A stretch of DNA of 63,054 nt, filler included, from Sluysia triapertura (taxonomy: Eukaryota): the NCBI GenBank assembly GCA_046118255.1. It is 5 parts of 5 records of this genome, joined end to end, with 100 filler letters (N's around TTAATTAATTAA, not from the genome) between each part and the next. Parts side by side here need not be neighbours in the genome. Positions count along the whole stretch, not along the records: positions 37,449 to 51,407 come from JBJNIA010012760.1; positions 51,508 to 63,054 come from JBJNIA010183457.1; 3 more parts are not named here. One strand, 5' to 3'. Under the pieces are notes generated by a model that was given only the letters and a program-made list of their open reading frames with translations, did no database searches and was not told the DNA's origin. Numbering within the stretch: the first letter of the stretch is position 1; each line of letters begins with the position of its first letter. The position numbers were made by a program, and so were the translations under genes. Positions 39,202 to 52,140 of this stretch are shown in pieces.

Positions 39202-40869
39202 TTAAATCATGTTTCAAATGCGCATATATATTTAAACAAAACATGCATTCAAAAGTGACTCTAGAGTTAAGGTAAGTTTCTAATAAAAAGTAAAAAATTT
39301 AAAGCACCTGAAATACAAAATTTTACATTCGATTATTTTAACATGGGTCGAATTATGAAATAAAAGCTAGTATAAATTCAGAAGATCTCACGATCTAGTA
39401 TATATAATTAAATTGATTTTACATGCTAACCTAGGTGCGGTCTAGTCACTGTTTAAATAAATTGTATTAAACGTTAACTACCTTTTTACATCTAGTGTAT
39501 ACACTCATTTATCATTTTAATTATCTTGTTAACTTTAAGGAAAACAATGAACTTATAATGTTTATTAACCTTTATACACTTAATATCATAAAGTCACTTA
39601 AAAATATACGAAGTTATAATAGTAAGTAATAATAATAATATATTAATTTATATTGCGCTCATATCTACCGCGAAAGTACTCAAAAGCGCTTATGGTATAT
39701 CATTCACCATAGTATTTCTGAAACAGAAAAAACTTTGCTTTTTTCTTAAATATTTCATAATCTTCTAGCAATTTGACATTATCTGGTATATAAGAAATAA
39801 ATATATATAAGAAATAAAAGAAACAACAAAAAGATCATCTGTATAGAAATAAAGAGAATTTATGTTTTATTTATTTAACATTTATTTGTCACAAATTTTT
39901 ATACATTTTTATACTTCACAATTTTAATGAATAATTCACTATTTTTAATTAACACTTCATTCTTACAATCAATATCAATAATAGTGAACTTTGGTATCTA
40001 CCACTATCAGTAATGACATCATTAATCTTTGTATCTCACACAGTGTCATTACTGATAGTTGGCTCTCAGACAATTTCATTAGTTTGCTCAACGATTCATT
40101 AGTGATCACTTGTCCTGGTTGAACAACCAATAAAATTGTGTAAACACTGTCATCGTCAACTTGAGCGGCGGAGACGAAATTGCAGAGCAAAAACATTTTT
40201 AAATTGTAAAAGTTCAGAAGGTAAATCACTGGAGTAAATTAAGAATAGTCATACTGAAATAGTGAAGTTGAATAAAATTAAATGAAGTGTTTTTCGAAAA
40301 GTATTACCAAACCAGTGGAAACAGTAGATGATTATCAAAGTATTGTTGGATATAAAGATAAATTAGTTACTGGGACAACAAGAACCAACATTTATGTATT
40401 CTATTTCATATAATATAATTCATATTTTATCGCCGCTACCAGGAAATTATGAGGTAAAATATGTTAGATTTTTGTAACATGTTAAAAAATGTTATTAACA
40501 AATCAAGTCTTCAAAAGGCAGTGATGCAAGATGTTAAATTGTTTTTGGTTTTTTGTTACGACAAAATAATTATACATAGAACAAATTATCTTAGACTTAT
40601 TTCTATCATCAATAGTATAAAGTGCATGTCCAAATTTTTTTACAATATCCCAGAATTACCTCTTGATTCATTTAATGTGAAATCCAACTCGGAAACAAAG
40701 TATCATCAATTAAGTAACAAGGTGCTATCACAACCAACGATTAACGATAGTATGGCCAATCGTATTGCTTCTATAGTAAAACTAATCAATTTTCATTAGA
40801 AAAATTGAAAAACGAATTGCATTATGAGTTACGAAACCTCGAATTTCTTAAATCATTTCACAATTATGT

Positions 40870-41200
40870 TTTTTTGTAATGCAAACAAAATACGTATTCG
40901 TTTACATTTCAACATCAATCGTCCAAATGTCTGAATTTCCTGGCTTTAAAATCAAGGAACCTGTTAAATTTAAAGATGAACATGTTAGTGTAGTCAATGA
41001 TGGAACTTGGAAGTGTACGTCTTCGTCATCTATACTCATGCAATTGTCAAGTTTAAACAATAGTTGTAATTCTATTTGTCGTTACAGAGATCGAATAAAT
41101 AATACTTCAGGTTTACAATTAGTTAAAGTTAATCCACAATATAAGAATGTCGAGCTAGCGTTGACGTTAGTAAAATTGGCGAAGACATGAAAGTAATTTT
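40870..41200 (-). pseudogene. Decayed coding fragment of unknown identity
   Basis: Minus frame HVFANFTNVNASSTFLYCGLTLTNCKPEVLFIRSL*RQIELQ...KPGNSDIWTIDVEM* is protein-like with isolated stops; the mirror + frame is also open, so the strand is uncertain. Confidence 0.3.
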
Positions 41201-41972
41201 AAATAGTAACCATCGTTATACATGAACGTTGCTCAACAATAGGCAATACGTAAGACTGTTCGGTATATCCATGTACATGACAACAGTTCCACTTGATTTT
41301 TTGTCTCTTGTTCGATATTATGTCTAGATAAATTAAATAAAGAATTAAATAGTCGTCGAAACGTGAATTTTAGTAAAAAGGATAACACTTTTATTACAAG
41401 CACTCTAACAGATTTTCTTGTTAAATGGCGAAATGATCCTCAAAGGAAATCAAGTGGTAATAATATTCTTGGTAATAATTATCCACAAAACAAGCAACTA
41501 TGAAAATGATCTTCGCTCATTGTTCCATTTACGAATATGATTTCAAAGTAATTCATATTTTTGACATCGTTGATTTTATTATCATTGTTATTGATAAATT
41601 TTATCATTTTTATAATTTTAGTATCATGGAAGATTCGGTGACAAAACATGTTCGGGAAAATATTAAAAATAAACAAATCATGAAATCAAAGTCTAAAATT
41701 TTTGTCTGTGCAAATAAATCTTATACTAGAATGTTTTACTTTCTTTTCTATAGTGAAAATAAATCAAAGTTTGTTAAAAATATAATAAAAGTTATGACTT
41801 TTCAAAGATTAATCGAATTAAGTATAATTAAAACGCTACAAATAACTTATTATTATAAATCTAATAACTTATTATAACTTATTAATAAAAATCATTCAAT
41901 AATACAACCAAAACCACCATAATTCTCCATGGCACTTTAGGCCTGTACTCCGACATTATGTCAATGAAACAA

Positions 41973-42468
41973 AGTACTACACTTGGATCACCCATTAAGA
42001 AAAGATTCAATTCGCCTTGATGATCGACATATCAACATAATAATTAAAGCCTTTTTAATATCTACATGGTCAGGATTTTCTGGAAAAATACTCTGTGTAA
42101 TTATAGAAAACATCTCCAAATCACAAAAACGTTCTACTTCGTCTTGAGTTGGCTCTGACGTGTCAGCTGCATTCTCATCGATGGTATCATACAACACCAG
42201 ATATATGAACTGTAAATTTTCTGGAATTATATCAACAGATACTTGATCAGGCAATTGTAAATATAATTTACCATCACCATATAGACGATCTCTTAAACAA
42301 CCTTCACTTTTACAAACAATTAAAGGCATAAATATCGGAACTGATGACTTCTTGATATGTTTCAGTATCACATATACTCTGTGACCTTGGGTGAATAATA
42401 TCGCAAACAATAGCCGTTAATTTTTATAAACAACCGATTTATCTAGCTCTCAATTGGATAATAGACAT
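41973..42468 (-). pseudogene. MCM7: MCM7 helicase subunit pseudogene fragment with internal deletions
   Basis: LRAR*IGCL*KLTAIV / CDTETYQEV / PIFMPLIVCKSEGC..GDGKLYLQ / PDQVSVDIIP / IITQSIFPENPDHVDIKKALIIML / FLMGDPSV is colinear with MCM7 ([70 protein letters not shown]). Confidence 0.88.
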
Positions 42469-42779
42469 TATTTTATAATATATACTTCGAATTTTACTTC
42501 GATCTTCTTAATTTCAATTATTAAAATTAAGAGAATCATTAGAAGTTATTTATTTCTAATAATAATTATATAAACTTATTTTATCAAGTCGATAAACAAA
42601 CATATTGTTTACTGTTCACTGTTTCTAAAAATACTGTAAATTTCAATAATACATACAAACTCTATATATAAACTCTAAATGTAATATTTCTAAAAATACT
42701 AAAAATAAATAATTTAGTGAAATGGCATTATTATTATTAATATAGAAATTATTATTATTATTAATGTTAGTATTGTTCG

Positions 42780-45700
42780 GTTAATGTATAGAGAATATGT
42801 TTACAGGTAAGAGAATTTAAAATATATATAAGAAAAATGCAATAAAATAGCTGAAATATGATAATATAAACATAATTAAATATTTTTATAACAAGAATAA
42901 TAAACAGTAAAATGTTTATAATTATTTTGAAACTGAAGAATACCCTGGAGTTCCAAAGACCTTTGTAGGGTATTGAGACCCTCATGTAGATGTTTTGAAG
43001 TATGACGATCCCTTTGAACTTCTGAACCTTGGGATCATTTGAGACCTCTTTGATTTGTTGGAACCTTTTAAGATTTTTACGATCTTAATAAACTTTTGAC
43101 ACTTTCGAGTAACTTTGTAAAAATGTTCATAATAATATTAAAGATAAATTTAATACATTAATGATTAAAATAAAAAGTAGAAAAAGGAATCAGAGAGGTG
43201 TAGGTGAAAACAACTAGAGCCTCATGAATACCTTATAAAGTATTTAACAAATTTATAACCAGAATAAAAACTTTAAACTTAGAATAAAATAAATTAAAAT
43301 AAATAAATAATTAATTAAAATCTTAATTAACTTAATTTAAAAAATTACGTTTGTGTGAATAATTTCTGAATGATGAATGCTATGTTAAAATTGAAAATGT
43401 ACTTGCATGTGTTTTAAAGAGACCTTCCGATGAAGATAAGGTTTGACCAGTTCATGCGAGGAAAGCCTTTATATTGAGAAAAGTCGAATTTTAATTAATT
43501 TTTAATTTAAAATGCAAAAATTTTCTTATGTGAAAAGATAATGAATTGTATATGAAATGCTTGCTATGAAATAGGAAAACCCGAAAATGAGGTCGAGATG
43601 TTTGTAAAATGGTTTGTTTGGGAATTAAAACCTTAAATATTTTCCATTAAAAATTGAGTGCGAGGAATTGAATATTAATTAAAGTGTAAAAACTTAGGTT
43701 AAATTCGTCACTTTTAAGTATGTAAATAATAATGGTAATTGTTATTTTAATGTAAGAGGTGATTCATGAAAACTAGATCAAGTAGAGTAGAAGAAAAAAA
43801 TGAGAGTTAATTTTTAATAGAATTGTTATGTTTTGCTTGACAGGTCATATCATGTAAATGTCAAAGTCGTTTTAGTTGGGATAATCTTTAAAAGAGGTTT
43901 TGATGATTTGTGTAAGAGTAATTCCTGATTGCCAATGCAGAAATGATTGGATGACAAAAATGTATAAATTAGAATTCTTAGGCATTTTTACGCACTCACA
44001 AAAAAGGAGAAATGTCACATTGACAATCTACCATATCGATGATGAAAAAAGAAAATTCATGATTATGATAATGTTTTATATAACTTTTATTATTAATATT
44101 TTATTATTTTAAACATTGATAAGATCTTATTAAGTAAATAAATTGGGATTACTTTATTATTTTATTTTAATCATTAATAATATTTTACAAAGTAATTAAC
44201 TTGGGAAATATTCCGTTAATCTTTATCATTACAATTATTTTTAAGTTATTACAATTACAATTTTTGGGGAGGCTCCCAGAATTCTTTTGAGGTGTTTTGA
44301 GTTATAAATTTAATTTCAATTTGGATTTTCGTTAAGTAATTGAATAACTTTATTGTTGGGAGACTCCCTTCCCGGATCATTTTCTATTTTTCTGCTAACA
44401 CTGCTTGAAAATATATAATAATAATTATTATTTTATAACTTTTTAGATATAGATTTTTGTTGTGTTGTGTCAATTTTTTTGAACATATTATTGTTTACAT
44501 TGCTAATAAACAGATGTATTCATTTTGGGATTTAATTATTCCTAGTTAATTTACCCATATTATTGTAATAGATTTTTGTAGTTAATATAGCATTGAGGTG
44601 TTGTTTTTAATTTGAAGATAATAAATAAGTTTCGCGTTAAATAAATACCATTATTAAGACAAGAAAAATTGGTGATAAGTCGTATTTTATTTAGTGAATA
44701 TTGAAACCATTGAGAATTTAAATTAAATTAATATTGGATTATTGTTATTATTGATTTAAGGTGTAACCATAGCGTACTTTTTAATTGAATTTACAAGGAT
44801 TTAGATGTATAATTAGAATTTGCATTTATTCTGTAAACATTGAAAGTTCACCGCAATTAAAGAAAAATAACTAATTAGCAACCATTTTACTATTACTACA
44901 GATACATTAAGTTATTGTCAATAATTTTAAATCGATGATAAACATTAATTTTGTTAAAAAAGAATTAATAAATAAAAATAATTAATAAAAATAAAAATAA
45001 TTCCTATAAAATTTAAAAAAATAAAATTAAATTAATTTTAAATTAAAAAAATTCTTTTATTAAAAAACCATTCAGTATCATCCAAGTAGCTATAAAAAGC
45101 TACACCATTTTTGCATTGTCACTCTATTTTTTTACATTTACAAGTCTAATAATTCAAAGATTTTCATTTGGATTGTTCCCAAGGATTTTCTTCGGTTTTT
45201 CGACGAAAGGATTTTTCTAATTACGCTTAGTTTATTCGTTCGTGTAAGATGCTTCTATTTTAATTTAGATGGTAACATTTACTTAAAATCTATTTGACTT
45301 TATTAACTCTTTTTAATTAAGAGTTGAAAAATTTTTATAAAATACATTTAAAAGGATTATAAATTAATATTTGTAATTATTGTTATAATAATAATTTTCT
45401 CTATTTTTATAATATACATTAAAGTTGTTATTTTAGTAAATTATATTAATATAAGATACGCCGTTTTTTAGATACGATTGTAAAATACACTAAAACTCAT
45501 TGAAGAAAGATTAATAAGTGTAAGGTGTCGTTTTTAAATACGGTCGTAAAATATTACGAAACCTATCATTTATTTTGACAATATCACTTATACGATTCTA
45601 TTACTTCATAAAGAGATTAAGTTGCTTAGAAAACCTTACTTATTGTAAAATATTAAAAGAAAGACGATTTAAGTACAGTTTTTTCTATACGGTAGTAAAC

Positions 45701-45800
45701 TCCTACGTGAATTTTTATCTATTAAATTCTAATTCATTATTTTATTTTTCAAGGAGAGAATTGATTTACCCTTTAAGTGAGTAAGACTAAGAGTGTAAGG
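42780..45800 (+). repeat. Dispersed repeat family R1, long copy
   Basis: Colinear blocks with 47780-50040: ggaatcagag..gtgaaaaca.ctagagcctc; gacctt.cgatgaag; atgtttgtaaaatggtt.gtttg; catgtaa.tgtcaaagt; ttggga units; ttacc(c)ctttaagt. Confidence 0.85.
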
Positions 45801-46053
45801 AATTCACCACATAAATTAAAAAATCAAAAATATACAAAGTTCTCGCATAACAAACTGGTGAGAGGACCAGCATTCATAAGGATATATAAAAAAATATAGA
45901 TTTCGCAAATGTAAGTTGTTAAATTACAACTAATTATTAAGATTATAAGAAAGTAAGACTTAAGCCAAAATAGATAAACAAATGGCATTATAGGACGATT
46001 ACAGAGCAAAACTAAGAAACTACAAGGCATTACATAATGATTTTAAAGAATAT

Positions 46054-46890
46054 ATGGATCAATTAGTCAGAGATATGCACCATATAATGGCATTACCTGA
46101 AATGAAAAAATTTGACGGGCAGAGGAAGATCTCTGCGATTTCTGCATCACCGAAGCAAACGGCTGGAATGAAGCCGAAAAAAATTAACAGAATTCAAAAC
46201 TGTTGGAGTGGCGATCCAGGCATATTAAGAAATAAGCAACAATGATAAATACATTTGTTAACGCTTTTATTGAGGAGATAGCACTTGACGATATGTGAAA
46301 ATATACTGAAATGTTAAACTCAAAAATACAAAAGCCAAACGAATCTGTCTATGAATTCGCTTGTGCTTAGTAGCCAGAGCAAAAGTCTCTGAAGATAAAA
46401 AAGAATCGACATTAATAGTCAAATTAAAGACTGGCTTACGACCAGAATTAAGGAAATTGAAGGTAAACGTTTTAAAGAAATAATTAAGAAATTAAGAAGT
46501 GTAGAGCGATCTTATATTTATGATAAGGATAACATTAACTACGTAAGTGATAACGAAGAGAAAAAAGTCCTAAACTAAGAAGAAATACAAATAATTATGA
46601 TGACAAATATAATTCTTCAAATTATGATAGATATAACGATAGTATTTACAATAGCCAACGTAAAGGTAATTCAAATAATTAAAGAGGTAATTATATAGGT
46701 ATAGTAGAAGTAAAGAGTTCCAAAACAGTAAAATAAGCAACTATGGTGCATCTAACTATGAACAAATACCAGTTATGGAAATAGAAGTAAGAGCCCAATG
46801 AGATATGAAAATAATAACAATGCACAAACTAACAATAAATTGTGATAATTGTGGTATGGAAATTATACAAGAGACTGTAGAAAATTAAAA
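46054..46890 (+). mobile_element. Degenerate Ty3/gypsy-type gag (capsid motifs and zinc knuckle)
   Basis: KIQKPNESVYEFACA, LIVKLKTGLRPELR and a frameshifted knuckle CDNCG../GNYTRDCRK (His replaced by Asn); no pol recognised. Confidence 0.72.
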
Positions 46891-47320
46891 CAAAATACGT
46901 TCACTCAAAATTTTATTAAGGTAAAAGGCCCATAACAACAAAGATACCAAAGTACTAATAGGAGAGTGAGATTCAAGGATAATAATAATGATAAGAGACA
47001 AATAAATTGTAATTATAAAAATCAAATTACAATTTTAGAGATGGAATGAATGAATATGAAGAATATCGATATGAAGAAAAACAAAAGAAAATCCATGTGA
47101 AGAATCCAAATAAAAATCTTGGAATTATATTAGACTTGTAAATGTAAAAAAAATCGTGTATGAAGATGCAAAAATAATGTATCTTTATATAGCTATTTGG
47201 ATGACCTTGAAGGGTTTATTAATAAAACTATTTAAAATTAATGTTATTTTATTTTATATTTTTTAATTTTTAATTTTATTTATTAATTTTTTTGTAACAG
47301 TATTAATAATAATAATTTCC

Positions 47321-47359
<39 letters not shown>

Positions 47360-47779
47360 CCATTTCACTATATCATTAACTAAATTATTTATTTTTAGTA
47401 TTTTTAGAAATCGTTTATTTAGAGTTTATATATAGATTTCTTATGTATTTTTAGAAACAGTAAACAGTAAACAATGTTTGTTTATCGACTTGACAATTTT
47501 ATATTTTAGAACATTTTGGATTTCGCGTCGGTGTAACCCTTTTTATTTCATTATTTTGTGACTTAAAGTCTCTTTATTATTACAAGTTTAGAAAGAATTT
47601 AATAGTTCAGTTAAAAGAAAGACAATATAGATATGTTGGGATTGCCATACTGTATAGCAGAAAAATACAGAACTACAAGTGAAGAATGAACTGATACCAA
47701 GTGATGGATTAAGCGTTGTAGGCAGCGTTGAAATGAGAGTCGTAAAAATTAAAGCATTAATGGTAATTTTAACAGCTAA

Positions 47780-50040
47780 AGAATACTTTGACATTCCAAA
47801 GACCTACATAAGGTGTGAAGACCTTGTGGAGGGTTGAAGAGGACTTGAAAACCTTTGAAGGTATTAGAACTTAGAACACCCTTAAGCTTGCTAATTTTGA
47901 GATCATCTATGTATTCTGGAAACCTGGATAAGCAACAAAAATCTTCGAGTAATATTATACAGTGTATTAAATCTTCAAAATATTTTAGAAATAAAATTTT
48001 TGTTCAAAATAATAAAGCTAAGTTTAATGTGGTAATAATAAACATGAAGAAGTAGAAAAAGGAATCAGAGACGTGAAGGTGAAAACATCTAGAGCCTCTT
48101 TAATGCATTAAAAATTACTAAATAGCCTTGGAACTTTAATAAAACCTTTAAACATAAAATAAGATTAAGTTTAAAAATAGATTAATTAAAAATCTTAATT
48201 AACTTAATTAAGAAAAAGTATATTTTTGTGAATAACTTTGGAATGTGGCATGATACGTTGAATTTGAAACTGTGTATGTATTTGTTTTGAAAAGACCTTT
48301 CGATGAAGTTATGGTTTGTCCGAGTTCGTGCAAAGAAATTCTTAATATTGAGCAAAGTCAAATCATCACTACAAATCATCATTCTCGGAGTGATGCAAAT
48401 GTAATGAATGGAATATGGGATGATTGCTATGAAAGAAGAGAATCTATAAGTGAACTTGAAATGTTTGTAAAATGGTTCGTTTGAGAATAAGAACCTTAAT
48501 ACATTTTTCATTAGAAAATTCGGTGTGAAAATCAAAAATTAATTAAATAATAAAATGTGAAATTAAATTCATTATTTTATGTATGTTAATAATATTGTTG
48601 CTTGTTATTTTTATGTGAGAAGTAATATAATAAAAAATAGATTAAGTAGAGTAGAAGAAAATGATAGTTGATCATTAATGATAGTTATGTTTTGTACTTA
48701 ATAAAGTTTGACAGAATGTACCATGTAATTGTCAAAGTTGTTACTGTCGGTTTGATACTCAGAGGTTAGGATGATTTGTGTGAGAGAGTGTTTGGTTGTG
48801 AGACTGGGAATTAGACAATCACTCAATCCTACCGACATTGAAGATCCATGCACATATTAATGTTTTTATTTATTTTTATTTTTAGTATTTGATTATTTTA
48901 AAATTAAAATAAAATAAATAATTAAATTTTCTTTTTTGGGAAAACATTTAATTGAAAGTTAATTTTAATAGATTTTACCTTTTGGGTGATTATTTCAATA
49001 TATATTTAATTATTATTCTTAATCTCTCTTTAGCTATTAATACATTTGATTATTGGGAGGATCCCTACCCAAAATTTCGTGACAGTAGTTAAACTAAAAA
49101 TATTTTGAAATACCATACTGATTATTTTGATTATAATATTTAAAGCCAATTTTACCTTTTTGGGTGATTATTTTGAAAAATATAATTATTATTATTTTAA
49201 TGCTTAATCTCTTTAGATATTCATACATTTGATTTTTGGAAGGATCCCTGTCCAAAATTTTAATATATATATTATTTAACTGATATTAAGTTTGGTTAAA
49301 ATTATTTGGAAATAAGTAAGCAGTATTATTATTTGACTTACTAGATTGACATTGTTAGTGTTTGTTGCGTCACCCCTGGTTCCTTCACTTAGACTGTCAT
49401 ATCTCTGATAATATTATAAACATTATCATTAATACTATAGTTTTAATTATTTTATTACTGTTTAGTAAAGGCTTGAAACAGTAATTTGTATTTGATTTTT
49501 TGTAATCATTAAATTATTGAATTGTTGTTATTGTATTTTTAAAACTTATAATTTTTGGGCGAAATAAATAACATTATAGAGAAAGGGAAATTTGTGATGA
49601 TTTTATATTGAATTTAGTAATTAATTATTGAGGTTTAGCTAAATAAATCAATTGATATTAATTTGCTGTTATTATTGAATGCAAATAAGCAACAGATGGA
49701 AAGATTTAAAAAATATCGATTGAGTTACAAAATAAACGATTGTCTCTTTTTTATAATTGAAAATAAATTAATTAAACTAAATAAAGTTAACTGATCAAAA
49801 ATTATTAATTATTATTAATTGAAGTTGTTGATATAATTAAAAATATTCGAATTAATAATTTAATAAACCATCTAATTCTTTATATTGTTTTTGAAGAGTA
49901 AAGTTTAAAAAGATAAGACTATAATTAACGAGTATTATAAGAAATCGATACAATCAAAGTAAAATTTAGAATTAATTGATTAAGAAAAATTAAGTTACCC
50001 CTTTAAGTATAAGATATTGAAAGAAATTAAGTTATTAAGA
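47780..50040 (+). repeat. Dispersed repeat family R1, second long copy with internal ~105-bp duplication (48973-49078 / 49151-49260)
   Basis: Direct similarity. Confidence 0.85.
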
Positions 50041-51149
50041 AATAAAACATTTTTTATTACTAATACATTTAGTTTACATAAAGAAAAATTTAAAGTTAAG
50101 ATATATCAAGTTTTCAGACCCTCGTCGCTTTGAGCATTATTGTGTACTCAATGTCTTGACCACCTATAATTATGATTATCTTGATTATTAAAAGATAAAA
50201 TAACATTTCAATTTTAAATTGTTTTAAGATACAAATCATAATCAGGTTCTTAGTTACTTAGTAGATTACGTAAATCATCTAGATGGTCTAATGCTACTCG
50301 TTCTACAAAAAAATATATATTACATCGAAGGATTTACAAGCACATCAGAAAATGTTTATAAAACTATACTCTTTATAGTTAAAAGGTTAAACATTCTCAA
50401 GTTCACGTGATTAACATTACAATTCAATACTGATTATTAAATACCTCATGAAAGTTTATTTATATTTACTTTTATTATTAAAAAACAAAAAAACATCTAC
50501 TTTAAATCGAAATGTCAAAATATGCATTAATAGCACACAATATTACATGTGTATTAAATCAATAAATTTAAATATGTTAAGTATATACGTATTAAATAAT
50601 CAATAATTAATTTGTTTAATTTTTTTGATTAAAATATTTTGAAAATAATGTTTAAAAAAATGAAACTTAAGTTATTAAATAATTTGTTTCGAAATTTAAA
50701 TAAAAAAATAATTTGTGTTTAGAATTATGATTATAAGCAATATAATAAAAATGATGATACTTTGTGACTATGACGACGATGATGACGAAGGTAATAATAT
50801 ATGTAATAATATAGATGACGATGGTTATAATGAATACGATTGCAATGACAATGATATAGCTATAATAGTAACAGTGATGATGCATATTATACATAGAAAT
50901 ATGATGATTTATATATCGAAATCGAAAATTCATAATAATAATAATAATATTATGATAATCATAATAATAAAAGTATTAATAATAATAGTGTTAATAATTT
51001 TTTTGTCTTTTAATACTTTATTTTTCTAAATTATTAAATTAAAATTCAATAACTAAGTAATTCAAAATCTTGATATATTTTCTATATTATCACGAAATTA
51101 CAATCAAAATATATAAATAACTCTATAACAGTGAAAATACAAATTAATC

Positions 51150-51387
51150 TTTGTGGTGTCACACTCCAACATATATCATACATCACATCCATCATCACCA
51201 TCAATTACACCAACTACATCACAAACACTAAACACATCAACATATACAATATCAAACTCTACCCTCTATAAACCACAAACACCTAATAAAATCATTTTAT
51301 TAAATATTTTCATTAAAATCTTTTATTGATATTACAACATACAATGTTTATTGCCACTTCATCAACACTACCGCACTACCTTTTACT
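51150..51387 (+). repeat. A/C-skewed repeat, counterpart of 37495-37737
   Basis: Direct similarity. Confidence 0.85.
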
Positions 51388-51407
51388 TGTATAAATTGTA
51401 GTCAAAT

Positions 51408-51507
51408 NNNNNNNNNNNNNNNNNNNNNNNNNNNNNNNNNNNNNNNNNNNNTTAATTAATTAANNNNNNNNNNNNNNNNNNNNNNNNNNNNNNNNNNNNN
51501 NNNNNNN
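51408..51507. other. Artificial contig-joining spacer
   Basis: Same 100-bp structure. Confidence 0.98.
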
Positions 51508-51789
51508 ATCCTAGTTAAATAAATCAATAAATAGCCGATCGTCATAAGAATAAAAGATAAGGAAATTATTCATTTTTGATTATTTTTGTATACTATAAAT
51601 AGCTTGCTTACAATCGTAAGCAATTACACTAAAGTACTTCGGTAATAGTATAATAATTATAAATACACAGTTGATTTAAATTTGTGTTAAAAACGAAAGA
51701 TTTAAAACTGTATTTAAATATTATTTGAACTGTGGTGACCAACCATTCATTCAAAATTGTAGATATTTCAATAAACCAAAATAATTTTA

Positions 51790-52140
51790 TTACTACAGAT
51801 AATCGTAATGATCCTATGATTATATTATCCTACATGACTTTGGGGATTCAGAAGAAATGTGATTTTTACGCAAGTCACAAAACGACAGCACTATGACCGT
51901 ATAATGTAGATGAATTTGGCATATGTCTTAGATTTGGTCCTTCATGTCCATATTGCCATAATGTTCCAGAACTATGTTTCCGTTTCTTGAATGCAGACAA
52001 TTTCAACGACCATTTTGAAAGTATTAGCAAGTTATTAAATTCAATACAAATTGTAATTCCACAACCAACAAAGAACATATCGGTGCTCAAGATAAAGTTT
52101 ATTCAAGTGCTAGTATTGATGACCCAGAACTTACAGTAAA
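51790..52140 (+). pseudogene. Unkempt-like CCCH zinc-finger pseudogene fragment A
   Basis: ILHDFGDSEEM*FLRK / HKTTAL*PYNVDEFGICLRFGPSCPYCHNVPEL resembles Unkempt FLHRTTGDTERRYHLRYYKT..C.HETD..G.C.KNG.HCAFAHG..DL. Confidence 0.55.

Larger units (their letters stand above)
42582..47495. mobile_element. 4.9-kb element bounded by ~190-bp terminal inverted repeats (T(G/A)TCAAGTCGATAAACAAACAT...), 4-bp TSD ATTT
   Basis: 42582-42765 is the reverse complement of 47300-47495 with indels; ATTT at 42578-42581 and 47496-47499. Confidence 0.6.
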
